From: Nitrospirota bacterium
Lineage (GTDB): Bacteria; Nitrospirota; Nitrospiria; SBBL01; JAADHI01
Direction of reading: 5' to 3'
Length of the DNA stretch: 64,000 nucleotides
Assembly (NCBI GenBank): GCA_029261195.1
Contig: JAJDBU010000028.1
Coordinates: forward strand, 2,650 to 66,649
Numbering within the stretch: position 1 is the first letter of the stretch; each line of letters begins with the position of its first letter. Below, one piece after another: positions 25,589-34,732 of this stretch. Both the position numbers and the translations under genes were made by a program. The notes under the pieces are model-generated. The model had not been told where the DNA came from, made no database searches, and worked only from the letters and a program-made list of their open reading frames with translations.

Positions 25589-28174
25589 ATGAAAAAGACA
25601 ACACTCTTTTTTACCTTGTTGGTAGGCTTCGGCCTTTCTGCATGCAGCAGTGGAGGCAGTAGTTCAACAACAAGTTCCAGTTCGACAAAAGGTTTAAGTC
25701 TGCCGACAGAAATTTCGGCAGTGCCGACTGGCGCAAGCAGTTCATCAAAAGTCGGTCTGAAGTCGAAGCTGATGGCCTTTAAGGCTGCAACAGACCCCGA
25801 CACGGATTACAGCAAGGCTGTAACAACAACATTTGTCAATGAACATACCCTGGAGCAGTTTGAAATTATCGAACAGGTACTCAGTGCCTTGTCACAGACC
25901 CACTATGCCGACGCAACAAATATTGGCCAAGGGCCTTACAAAGCCATGGTGGCCTGGCAGGATGAGAAAAACGGCGTTGAAACAAAGACACTCGAACCCT
26001 GGATTGTGCAATCCGATATTATCACCGAAAATGGTGCAGAAGTCACACGGGCACGGGCCTGGATTGAAGAAGTGGAAGGAGGTCAGAAACAACTTGTCAA
26101 AGCCGAGTTTAAAATCTACGCCGCTGCAACACAGGCAGCAGATGGTTCCTACAATAACTATGGCGTTTGGACTTTAAACGTTAAGTTTGGAGAGCAAGTC
26201 ACTGATTTTTTTGCCGCATCCGCCTCCGTTGGTTCTAGTGGAGAATCGATCATTAAACTCCACGAACGTTTCCCCGAAGGTCCAGGCTTTACGATGGAGG
26301 TTAAAGCCATCTTAAATAAATCGGCTACAAGTGGTTTTGGAAAGGTCTCATTCCCGGACTGGGAAAGCTGTACGACAGAGATGTGTACTCCCCCTCAGCT
26401 TGAGGTGAAATATGCTTACAATGCAAACCACTTGGCAGTTCAAAAGGCCGGTGATTTAAATCCGACCTACAAAGAGAGAGCCAATGTTACGGAAATGACT
26501 CATCGCTACGGCTTGTATGACAGCGTGACAGGCCAGAATGTTTTTAAGGTGAAATCATTCGGTTTTCCCGTTTTTTATACCGATAGCAACGGATTTCGCA
26601 ACTACGCCTATTATGGCGCATTTCAGGGCCGTCACGAACTTTGGAGTGGCAGTCCGGACGGACAAGGCATTCCCGCCGGAACGACGGTGACGCGAGATGA
26701 CCAGGGTCAAAACACCACGGCGCAGAGCTATACGGTTTCAGCCCCCTTTGTGGGAACTTTGGTGAAACGCACGACAGTGGATGGCAGCCTGAATGACATC
26801 CTGAATATTCCGGTGGAAACCTGGATCAATAAAAACTACAACATCCGTTGGAATAACACGGTCGGACGCTGGGATGCCTGCGTAAACCCTGAGTGGGATC
26901 CGAATACCTTCGAGCAGAGCTGTGCAGGAGGCAAGCAGGATTTTACGCCGACATTACCGCTATTGGAAATGAGTGGTAACAATGCTCAGAAGTTTGTGAA
27001 TGTGAGTGGCTGGGATAATATTGCCCAACAAGCGCTTGATTATCTCTATATTTCCACAGACGCCGCTGCTGTAGCTGCCGGTGGCTCAGTTGCCGGTTTC
27101 TACAGAGCGCAAATGGACACACAAACAGACCAGCTCACGATGTCCAATCCGGTTGTTCTGTACACCCCGGTTGACGGAGACGATCTATGGGTCGGTATCG
27201 GTGGTTCGATTTATATTGAATACGTCGGCACGGGTACTACGGGTTGGCTTGAAAAGACTTTGACTGCATTTGACCAACGCAGCTGGACACCGGAATTCGC
27301 AGTAGGTGGAAAGGATTATACGCTTCCTGAAAATCAGGAGTTGTACATCAACAGCAAAGGGACCAACTACGTCGTCAAACGCGTGGGTTCTGTCACCAAG
27401 GTCGAACTCGAAATCCAGACGGTAGCCAATCCGCTCAACGTGACGACTTTTGTGCCAAGCGGAACCGTCTTCAAATCCCCGTGGAATCCGGACAACGACT
27501 CCACCTACACCTTTGACACAGACTCAAACAGTCCGACCTACATGAAGCTGGTCTTCGCAACAATCGGTGATAATGATCGTGACGGCACCGGACAGCCGAA
27601 TCCAGGTGTAAGCGTCGGTGCCGTTGTGACCGGCGGACAGTGGGGCTTGGCCGCCTATAACGCGAGTGATGTCGATACAGGCATCCAATACAACTGGGAT
27701 TATCCCAGAGAGGGTGACAATTGGGGCAAGGTCACTTACTTGATTGATGGAAATGGGGCCTTTGTTTTGCTTAGCGACCCGATTCAGTTTCTTCCAATCA
27801 GCCTGACGAATGCCGCAAACCCAAGTGGAAAGACCTTCGTTTTGCAATATGACGGTTGGATGCATGGTCTGCCCGATCTATTCGAGGAACTCCGGAAGAA
27901 TGATTTTGTGATCGATGCATCGATTGCAAGCAAGATCTTCAATATTCCGGCGGGTACGGCTGTCACCGATGCGGCAGATTCAACAAAGCGTTATCTCATC
28001 AAACCGCTGGAGATCAGCCAGTTCTTAAATCCGGTGGCAGATCCCGGCACACTCGACATTACCGTCGCGAACGGTGTCGATCTGAATGCGGTTCCGAACT
28101 TTGTTGAACACAACATGGGCGTCATGCCGCTTGTCACCACAACGAAATATTCAGAAGGAGTCCTTGTGGAGTAA
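25589..28174 (+). CDS. Large lipoprotein (861 aa), hypothetical
   Basis: Signal peptide with lipobox (LLVGFGLSAC) followed by a Ser/Thr-rich linker. GGGAG RBS. No domain recognised. Confidence 0.75.
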   Translation: MKKTTLFFTLLVGFGLSACSSGGSSSTTSSSSTKGLSLPTEISAVPTGASSSSKVGLKSKLMAFKAATDPDTDYSKAVTTTFVNEHTLEQFEIIEQVLSALSQTHYADATNIGQGPYKAMVAWQDEKNGVETKTLEPWIVQSDIITENGAEVTRARAWIEEVEGGQKQLVKAEFKIYAAATQAADGSYNNYGVWTLNVKFGEQVTDFFAASASVGSSGESIIKLHERFPEGPGFTMEVKAILNKSATSGFGKVSFPDWESCTTEMCTPPQLEVKYAYNANHLAVQKAGDLNPTYKERANVTEMTHRYGLYDSVTGQNVFKVKSFGFPVFYTDSNGFRNYAYYGAFQGRHELWSGSPDGQGIPAGTTVTRDDQGQNTTAQSYTVSAPFVGTLVKRTTVDGSLNDILNIPVETWINKNYNIRWNNTVGRWDACVNPEWDPNTFEQSCAGGKQDFTPTLPLLEMSGNNAQKFVNVSGWDNIAQQALDYLYISTDAAAVAAGGSVAGFYRAQMDTQTDQLTMSNPVVLYTPVDGDDLWVGIGGSIYIEYVGTGTTGWLEKTLTAFDQRSWTPEFAVGGKDYTLPENQELYINSKGTNYVVKRVGSVTKVELEIQTVANPLNVTTFVPSGTVFKSPWNPDNDSTYTFDTDSNSPTYMKLVFATIGDNDRDGTGQPNPGVSVGAVVTGGQWGLAAYNASDVDTGIQYNWDYPREGDNWGKVTYLIDGNGAFVLLSDPIQFLPISLTNAANPSGKTFVLQYDGWMHGLPDLFEELRKNDFVIDASIASKIFNIPAGTAVTDAADSTKRYLIKPLEISQFLNPVADPGTLDITVANGVDLNAVPNFVEHNMGVMPLVTTTKYSEGVLVE

Positions 28175-28198
28175 GGACCTCATGATTCAAGAAAAAAA

Positions 28199-28227
28199 GG
28201 GGATGCAGTGATGCATCCCCTTTTTTT
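28199..28227 (+). terminator. Rho-independent terminator
   Basis: GGGGATGCA-gtg-ATGCATCCCC followed by T7. Confidence 0.85.
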
Positions 28228-28431
28228 GTGTCGGACTCAAAATAGAAAACGACAATCCCTTGTTTCTTAAGGCTTTTCATAGAGATCATGTCTTAGCTCT
28301 TTAGTCCAACTTTCCCTGAGATTCATTACGTCTTGACTGAATCTCTCTAAAGAGGATACTGTAAATAGGTTATTTAAAGTGTTCAAAGGCCGAATTCCGG
28401 CATCAAATTTTAATTCACTAAGGAGGGTGTA

Positions 28432-28758
28432 ATGGCCAGTTATTTATTCATTGAGTCGCGTGATCCTTTTGAGGTCAATGACGTAGACTATTATTACGAC
28501 ATTGCCTCAGGTCTCAGAAGTCGCAACAACGAGGTCACGCTATTTCTTGTACAAAATGGTGTTTTTCCGGCACGGCAGAATCCGAGTTCGAATACACTTT
28601 CTCAGTTAGCTGAATCCGGGGTTCGTATTTTGGCGGATGAACTTTCACTCAATGAACGGGGTATTACGCTTGATTCACTCGTGGACGGTGTTGAATCGTC
28701 GCCGCTCGATATTGTGATCGATGAGATGGTCGCCGGCACAAAAACGATATGGCATTAG
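28432..28758 (+). CDS. DsrE/DsrF/TusC-fold protein, Cys-less
   Basis: 108-aa ORF with an AGGAGG RBS. YLFIESRDPF...EVTLFLVQNGVF...VRILADELSLNERGI matches the DsrE-fold pattern. Contains no cysteine. Confidence 0.65.
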   Translation: MASYLFIESRDPFEVNDVDYYYDIASGLRSRNNEVTLFLVQNGVFPARQNPSSNTLSQLAESGVRILADELSLNERGITLDSLVDGVESSPLDIVIDEMVAGTKTIWH

Positions 28759-28769
28759 AGGAGGTCCAG

Positions 28770-29183
28770 ATGTCTGAGAAAAAAACACTGACTTTTAGTT
28801 TAATGGACGCCCCTTTTGAAAATGCACGGACAACAACAGCGCTTCGTTTGATCGATACTGCAGTGCGGCGAGGCCATAATGTGAATGTCTTTGCCTACGA
28901 GGGTGCGGTTTGTCTGCCGTTTTCAAAACAGGCGGCACATCCAAACAAGGTACACGGCTGCGAAGCCGATGAGTGGAACCATCCCCTCCCTAAAGATTGG
29001 GTAACGGAGATTATGAAGCTTGCGGAAAAAACCGGTTCAAAACTGGACTGGATCAACTGCGGTCTTTGTGTTGACGAACGAGGCGTTGCGGAGTCGGTTG
29101 CCGGTGTAAGGCGGGGCACTCCGGGGGATTTGGTGAATTGGGCAAATGCATCAGATAACACCCTGGTGATTCCAACAAAGTGA
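28770..29183 (+). CDS. DsrE/TusD-like protein with candidate active-site cysteine
   Basis: ATG at 28770 after GAGGAGG. LTFSLMDAPFENARTTTALRLIDTAVRRGHNVNVFAYEGAV ... LDWINCGLCVDERGV corresponds to the DsrE pattern (...VFFYxDGV ... CxxxxxxRG). Confidence 0.7.
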   Translation: MSEKKTLTFSLMDAPFENARTTTALRLIDTAVRRGHNVNVFAYEGAVCLPFSKQAAHPNKVHGCEADEWNHPLPKDWVTEIMKLAEKTGSKLDWINCGLCVDERGVAESVAGVRRGTPGDLVNWANASDNTLVIPTK

Positions 29184-29193
29184 GGGCTTGGTG

Positions 29194-29577
29194 ATGGCAA
29201 CAACATTAAATATTATTGAAAGCGCCTACAGAGCGACAATGGAAGAGCAGGACGATACGGTGGTCTGGATTACTCATGCGATGAAGGGGGCGGGGGCGGA
29301 TGTCAGCGTCTTGCTCAGAGGAAATGCCGTAAACTATGCGATTACAGGCCAGAAGCCACCGGAGCTACGTTTTGGAGACTGGCAACAGACTCATGCTGCC
29401 CACATTGACGAAGACATCGTCTCTCTCATTGGTAAAGGCGTGGCTGTGTATGCCGTTGAAGGAGACCTTGTCGCTCGCGGTATTGCCCAGACTGGACTCC
29501 TTGCAGGCGTAAAGACGGTTGATCGTGAGGGCGTGCTGGATCTCTTTGAAAACCATGATCGCATCTGGCATTGGTAG
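29194..29577 (+). CDS. DsrE/DsrF-fold protein, Cys-less
   Basis: ATG at 29194 (the track begins at TTG 29188). DVSVLLRGNAVNYAI ... VAVYAVEGDLVARGI. The C-terminal IWHW resembles the IWH end of the first gene in the trio. Confidence 0.6.
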   Translation: MATTLNIIESAYRATMEEQDDTVVWITHAMKGAGADVSVLLRGNAVNYAITGQKPPELRFGDWQQTHAAHIDEDIVSLIGKGVAVYAVEGDLVARGIAQTGLLAGVKTVDREGVLDLFENHDRIWHW

Positions 29578-29609
29578 CGCCTTAAAAAAGCGTTATTGAG
29601 AATAAACGA

Positions 29610-29645
29610 GGGGTTGGGCTGATTTGGCTCGGCCCCTTTTTATTT
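29610..29645 (+). terminator. Rho-independent terminator after the DsrE-fold operon (overlaps the recN stop)
   Basis: GGGGTTGGGC-tgatttg-GCTCGGCCCC followed by TTTTTATTTT. Confidence 0.6.
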
Positions 29646-31301
29646 TGCCCGCATCATTTCTTCCGCATGGCGTCTTGTGAGATCCGTAATATTAACCCCA
29701 CCCAGCATCCGGGCCAATTCTTCGACCCGGTCTTTCCGGTTTAATGCCCTGATTGACGTGGACACATGATCAACCGAAACATTTTTTTCGACAAAATAGT
29801 GATGATCTGCCAGAGAGGCAATCTGAGGCAGATGTGTGATGCACAGGACTTGATGGTTCTCTGCGAGCTTTGACAGCCGCCTGCCAATACGTTCGGCAAT
29901 GCCCCCTCCCACACCCGCGTCAATCTCATCGAAGACGAGGGTATCTACTGGATCGACTCCCGCCAAAACAACCTTCACAGCCAGCATAATCCTCGAAAGC
30001 TCTCCCCCCGATGCAATTTTTCCCAGGCTTTGAGGTGTTTCACCCGGTAGCGCAATCAAAAATTCGATCTGGTCGATTCCAGTTTCAGAAAGGGGGACTT
30101 TTTCCTGGGCAATAACAAAAGAGGTCTTTTCCATGCCAAGGGTATTGAGCGCTTCCTTCACCTGTGTTGCCAGTCGAACTCGCCCCTCCGCCCGTTTTTC
30201 CGAAAGTCGCTGGGCGGCAGAGCCGAGCGCCTTTTCCGCCGTTTTGATAAGATCGGCCAGTTCCCCTTGCCGGGTCTCATTTTCAAAAAAACCGGAAAGC
30301 TCATTCTCCAAGTCTTGCTGATAGTCGATCAGCTCTTCAAGCGAGCGTTGGTATTTCTTTTTTAAGGTCTGAATTTGATAGAGACGAGCGGAAACGGTCT
30401 CCAAGCGTTCTGGCTGATATTCTGCGTCATGACATCGTGTTCTCAGAAAAGTCGTGAGCTCCTTTAAATGGATCTTTGCCTGTTCCCAAAGTTCCAGCTC
30501 AGCGGCAGCGTCATCCGTGATGCCGTTCAAATCCCTGATTTCAGTGCCACAGACATCAAGTTGTTGCAAGAGCCCCCCCTCATCCGAAAGCAGGGCATAG
30601 GCGCCTTGCGACATTGAGAGAATCGCCTCCCAATTTTTCAGGGTATGTTCCTCCTGCTCCAATTGTTTTTCTTCATCGACAGAGAGATTGGCTTCCCGAA
30701 TTTCTGAAACTTGCTCCTCAAGCAGGGACCGTTTGCGCAAGGCTTCAGCCCCTTGTTTCTCCAGGCTTTCGAGCCTCCGGCGCAAATCCGACCAATGCCG
30801 AAAATCCGATGCAAAGCGGAAGCGTTCATCCGATAAGCGACAGAAGGCATCAAGTAAGAGACCTTGTTGATCAAGGTCGGTGAGTAGCTGTTGTCCTTGT
30901 TGTCCGTGGATTTCGACGAGTTTCTGCCCGGCTTGCTTCAGGGCCGAGAGCGTCGCCATTGAGCCATTGAGGTAGGTCCGGTTTTTTCCGGACTTATTGA
31001 GCACACGTTTAAAAATGAGGTCGTCTGCCGGGTCGAGTTCGTTTGTGTGACTCAGTTCCTTGCTCGGATTAACTTCGGAAGATGAAGAAGGAGGATCAAA
31101 AGCGGCTTCGAGTACGGCCTCATTTGCGCCGTGTCGAACCCCTTCGAGGGAAGAGCGCTCTCCTAATATGAGGGAGAGCGCTTCAACAAGGATGGATTTT
31201 CCTGCGCCTGTTTCACCGGTAATAACATTGAAACCTTCAGACAAGGTCAGGGAAACTTCATCAATAATTGCATAGTTCTTGATGTGGAGCTCTCGGAGCA
31301 T
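29640..31301 (-). CDS. recN: DNA repair protein RecN
   Basis: 553-aa ORF. MLRELHIKNYAIIDEVSL...ITGETGAGKSILVEAL (Walker A), signature ASGGELSRIMLA and Walker B LVFDEIDAGVGG. Confidence 0.95.
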   Translation of the reverse strand: MLRELHIKNYAIIDEVSLTLSEGFNVITGETGAGKSILVEALSLILGERSSLEGVRHGANEAVLEAAFDPPSSSSEVNPSKELSHTNELDPADDLIFKRVLNKSGKNRTYLNGSMATLSALKQAGQKLVEIHGQQGQQLLTDLDQQGLLLDAFCRLSDERFRFASDFRHWSDLRRRLESLEKQGAEALRKRSLLEEQVSEIREANLSVDEEKQLEQEEHTLKNWEAILSMSQGAYALLSDEGGLLQQLDVCGTEIRDLNGITDDAAAELELWEQAKIHLKELTTFLRTRCHDAEYQPERLETVSARLYQIQTLKKKYQRSLEELIDYQQDLENELSGFFENETRQGELADLIKTAEKALGSAAQRLSEKRAEGRVRLATQVKEALNTLGMEKTSFVIAQEKVPLSETGIDQIEFLIALPGETPQSLGKIASGGELSRIMLAVKVVLAGVDPVDTLVFDEIDAGVGGGIAERIGRRLSKLAENHQVLCITHLPQIASLADHHYFVEKNVSVDHVSTSIRALNRKDRVEELARMLGGVNITDLTRRHAEEMMRAK

Positions 31302-31307
31302 CCGTGC

Positions 31308-31637
31308 TTATTTCGAAAGAACGAGATCTATTTTTTCTTTGAATTGTTTTTTTGAGGCCGCTCCGACCACTTTATCGATGACTTCCCCGTCTTTAAAAAA
31401 GAGGAGGGAGGGAATGCCCATAATCTGAAATTGGCTTGAGATATCGGGGCTGTTGTCCGTATTAAGCTTGCAGACCTTGAGTTGGCCGTCATACTCCTGT
31501 GCCAGTTCTTCGATGACGGGTGCAATCATTTTGCAAGGGCCACACCACTCGGCCCAAAAATCGACCATGACCGGCTCGGAAGCCTTCATTACTTCTGCAT
31601 CCCAGGTTTCACTTGTTAGATCGACGATTTTTCCCAT
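31308..31637 (-). CDS. trxA: Thioredoxin
   Basis: 109-aa ORF. WAEWCGPCKMIAP active site. Confidence 0.95.
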   Translation of the reverse strand: MGKIVDLTSETWDAEVMKASEPVMVDFWAEWCGPCKMIAPVIEELAQEYDGQLKVCKLNTDNSPDISSQFQIMGIPSLLFFKDGEVIDKVVGAASKKQFKEKIDLVLSK

Positions 31638-31688
31638 TATTACTCCTTATGTGTAGGCAAGTGCTTCGGCTTGAATTTCAAGAGGGTC

Positions 31689-31717
31689 ATTGTAAAAAGT
31701 TCACTAACTTAAGTCAA
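31689..31717 (-). promoter_or_regulatory. Candidate sigma70 promoter for trxA-recN
   Basis: On the minus strand: TTGACT (31717-31712), a 17-nt spacer, then TACAAT (31694-31689). About 50 nt upstream of the trxA ATG. Confidence 0.45.
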
Positions 31718-31723
31718 ACCTGT

Positions 31724-33055
31724 TTATCTCTTGCGGAAGAAGATTTCCAGGTTACCCGGCAGTGCATCTTCCCATGCGCTAAAGAGGTTTGTGGGCGATG
31801 TTGAAATGGCCGGTGCCGCAACAGAGTTACCGACATGGGTCAGTTTCGCCGCATCTGAAAAAGTAAGCCCGCCATCAATCGACTTCCGAAACAGGATGCC
31901 GTTTAAGCTGGGAGAATTGTCTTCCCAGACAATGTAGATATCGTTTCCTGAGACCGCGATCTTTCCGCCACTGGCGCGGCACTTGCTCTTCGATATATTG
32001 ACGGGTGTCGGTATCGTCGCAAAACCATCAGCCGACTTGGCGAAAAAGATGTCGGAACTTGGAGTACAGCCACTCGGTGATACCGGAGTGCCTTCAAAAA
32101 CAACATAGCTATTGACACTCCCGGCAGCAAGTGCGGGCCCGGCAGGGCCATTGATTGGCTCGGAAAGGATGGTCTCAAAACTGCTAATCGGCGGGTTAAA
32201 AATAAAAGTCGTGCTGTCAAAACTTCTGAAGACAATTTTGGAATCAGCCTGGTCTAAATTCGGAGGCACAAAATCGGTCCATGCAATGTAAAATTTTCCA
32301 TTCGCAGCCGCCAAAGCCGGACCGGACGAAGGGCTCGGGTTTGGCTTCGAAAGGATGGTCGGAGATGTGCCAAGCAAATTAAAGCTAGTTCCACGATCCG
32401 ATGAGGCCACCAGAGAAATATCGCCATTGATCAAGGAAAAATCCTTTCCCGTATTGCCTGTTGTAATGTCTTTAAGCACATAGTTCGCAGCCTCGTTCCA
32501 GGCGACAAGAACCATGTCTCCATCCGCCGCAATTGTTGGAAACTGAGAGGGGCAGGGATCCGTACCCACTTGATTCGGGCCGCAGATCGGAGCGGAGAGG
32601 GAGCGATTTTGTGAATCAGACCAAGTCAATAAGCCGTCAGTATCCTCAGCTTTTCTAAAAAAAATATCGCTCTCTTTCCGATCCGTCAGAAATTCCTCCC
32701 AGACAATGTAGACATTTGTTCCAGAAACAGAAATTTTCGGATTAGTCGAGGGATCTGCTGTTGTAGAAACATTGACCGGCAACGAGAAGCTTTGTCCTCC
32801 GTCTCCTGATCGTGCCATGAAGATCTCTTGATTGCCGCTTGTGTCCGCCCAAACGACGTAGACGATCTCCCCCTTTGCGGCAATTGCCGGGGCGAAGGAA
32901 ACCGTCGTGCTCTTTGAAAGATTAATAACGCCTGCTGGAAGCGACGCGGGATCGTTCGTCTCGGAGGGAAGGCAACCGCTAAACAAAAATAGGAGGCCCA
33001 TCGAAAAGAAGAGGAGTAAGCCGCTTTTTTTAAATCGGCCTTCCCGCTCAATCAT
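31724..33055 (-). CDS. Lipoprotein with repeated beta-propeller (BNR/sialidase-like) blades
   Basis: The start at 33055 ([28 protein letters not shown]) gives a lipobox signal peptide. Recurrent blade motifs: IYVVWAD, VYIVWEE, VAWNE, YIAWTD, IYIVWED, SAWED. The longer track ORF would overlap the aldehyde dehydrogenase gene. Confidence 0.7.
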   Translation of the reverse strand: MIEREGRFKKSGLLLFFSMGLLFLFSGCLPSETNDPASLPAGVINLSKSTTVSFAPAIAAKGEIVYVVWADTSGNQEIFMARSGDGGQSFSLPVNVSTTADPSTNPKISVSGTNVYIVWEEFLTDRKESDIFFRKAEDTDGLLTWSDSQNRSLSAPICGPNQVGTDPCPSQFPTIAADGDMVLVAWNEAANYVLKDITTGNTGKDFSLINGDISLVASSDRGTSFNLLGTSPTILSKPNPSPSSGPALAAANGKFYIAWTDFVPPNLDQADSKIVFRSFDSTTFIFNPPISSFETILSEPINGPAGPALAAGSVNSYVVFEGTPVSPSGCTPSSDIFFAKSADGFATIPTPVNISKSKCRASGGKIAVSGNDIYIVWEDNSPSLNGILFRKSIDGGLTFSDAAKLTHVGNSVAAPAISTSPTNLFSAWEDALPGNLEIFFRKR

Positions 33056-34550
33056 CAATCTGCGCCTTTTGAAGCTGTCCGCTGAAATCGCGATAGATGA
33101 CCTTCCACTGGGTATAGAAATCGAGTGCCCCTCCACGTCCTCCCGCCTCACGAGGCCCGAGACCGGTCCGTTTTGTGCCACCGAAGGGGAGCTGAATCTC
33201 CGCGCCGATTGTCGAGGCGTTGATGTAGATCAGGCCGGCATCAAGATCTCTCTCGGCGATTGCAGTTGTGTTGACATCCTGTGAATAAATCGCCGATGAA
33301 AGTCCAAAAGGGACGTCGTTGGCAAGGGCAATCGCTTCTTCCAATTCGCTGACGCGGATAACCGAAACAACGGGACCAAAGATTTCCTCCTGGGCGATCC
33401 GCATCGCAGGCCGCACGTCGGTAAAAATCGTGGGCTCAATAAAAGTCCCATACGCGCAGCTGCCTTCGCAATAGGGCTTGCCGCCCAAGTGGAGAGTCGC
33501 GCCCTCGTTTAAGCCGATTTCGATGTAGTCCAGTACTTTTTGATGTTGTTCTTTACTGATGATGGGGCCGATGTCTATCTTGGTTTCAAGCCCTTTTTCA
33601 AGACCGTTTCCGACTTTCAATTTTTCCGCCCGTCGGGTAAATGTTTCCAAGAAACGATCATAGATGCCATTCTGCACAATCAGGCGACTCGATGCCGTGC
33701 AGCGTTGACCCGTTGTTCCGAATCCACCCCAGAGCGCCCCGGAGACAGCAAGGTCGAGATTGGCGTCGTCCATAATAATGATGGCATTCTTCCCTCCGGT
33801 TTCCATCATGTAGTCTTTGTGCTGTGTTCCGCAGATGGCGGCGAGCTTTTCCCCGACCGCATTGGAGCCGGTAAAGGATACGCCATCCACATCGGGGTGT
33901 CTTACCATCGGTTCACCGACACTTTCACCAAAGCCATGGACCAGGTTAAGCACGCCTGACGGCAAACCAGACTCGACTAAAATTTCGACAAGTCGAGTCG
34001 CACAAACAGGGCTTTCTTCCGCCGGTTTGTAAACAAGGGTATTGCCGGCAACGAGGGCGGGAGCGAGCTTCCATGAAGGGATGGCGATAGGGAAATTCCA
34101 GGGGGTGATTTGCGCAAACACACCAATCGGCGCCCGAAGCGAGCGGGCGTCTTTATTGGGCAGTTCCGAAGGCACGGTTTCTCCCGACAGGCGTCGGCCT
34201 TCACCCCCCATGTAATAGAGCATGTCGATCGCTTCCTGAACGTCTCCCAGCGATTCCGGCATGATTTTACCCATTTCCCGGCAAACGAGTTCTCCTAAGG
34301 GGACTTTCCGTTTGACCAGGAGTTCCCCCGCCCGAAAAAGGATTTCCCCCCGCAGCGGGGCGGGTGTTTGAGACCAGGAGGGAAAGGCTGAACGTGCGGC
34401 GGCAACCGCCTTGTCAACATCTTCTGCATTGGAATCGGGGATCAAGCCAATGACTTCTCTTGAGTCAGCCGGATTGCGGCTTTCGAAGGTGTTCCCGGAA
34501 GCCGCTTCAATCCATTCCCCAGCGATATAATTTTTTATTTTTTCAGGCAT
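33048..34550 (-). CDS. NAD(P)-dependent aldehyde dehydrogenase
   Basis: 500-aa ORF. FPWNFP-like [10 protein letters not shown], catalytic Glu in METGGKNA, catalytic Cys in GQRCTASSR. Confidence 0.92.
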   Translation of the reverse strand: MPEKIKNYIAGEWIEAASGNTFESRNPADSREVIGLIPDSNAEDVDKAVAAARSAFPSWSQTPAPLRGEILFRAGELLVKRKVPLGELVCREMGKIMPESLGDVQEAIDMLYYMGGEGRRLSGETVPSELPNKDARSLRAPIGVFAQITPWNFPIAIPSWKLAPALVAGNTLVYKPAEESPVCATRLVEILVESGLPSGVLNLVHGFGESVGEPMVRHPDVDGVSFTGSNAVGEKLAAICGTQHKDYMMETGGKNAIIIMDDANLDLAVSGALWGGFGTTGQRCTASSRLIVQNGIYDRFLETFTRRAEKLKVGNGLEKGLETKIDIGPIISKEQHQKVLDYIEIGLNEGATLHLGGKPYCEGSCAYGTFIEPTIFTDVRPAMRIAQEEIFGPVVSVIRVSELEEAIALANDVPFGLSSAIYSQDVNTTAIAERDLDAGLIYINASTIGAEIQLPFGGTKRTGLGPREAGGRGGALDFYTQWKVIYRDFSGQLQKAQIDD

Positions 34551-34732
34551 GGCAAGCCCTCCAAGAGCTTATTCTCTCATCTTATCCAAGCAGGGTTTCA
34601 AACTCAAGGAAGTCTCCTCAATGCAGCCAAGTTAATACCTAGGAAGTCCACTGAATTGTGAATCTTTTTATGCTATATTCACATAATGATTCCACGGATT
34701 AGTGTGGGTATATCTGTAGATAAGGACCGGTT

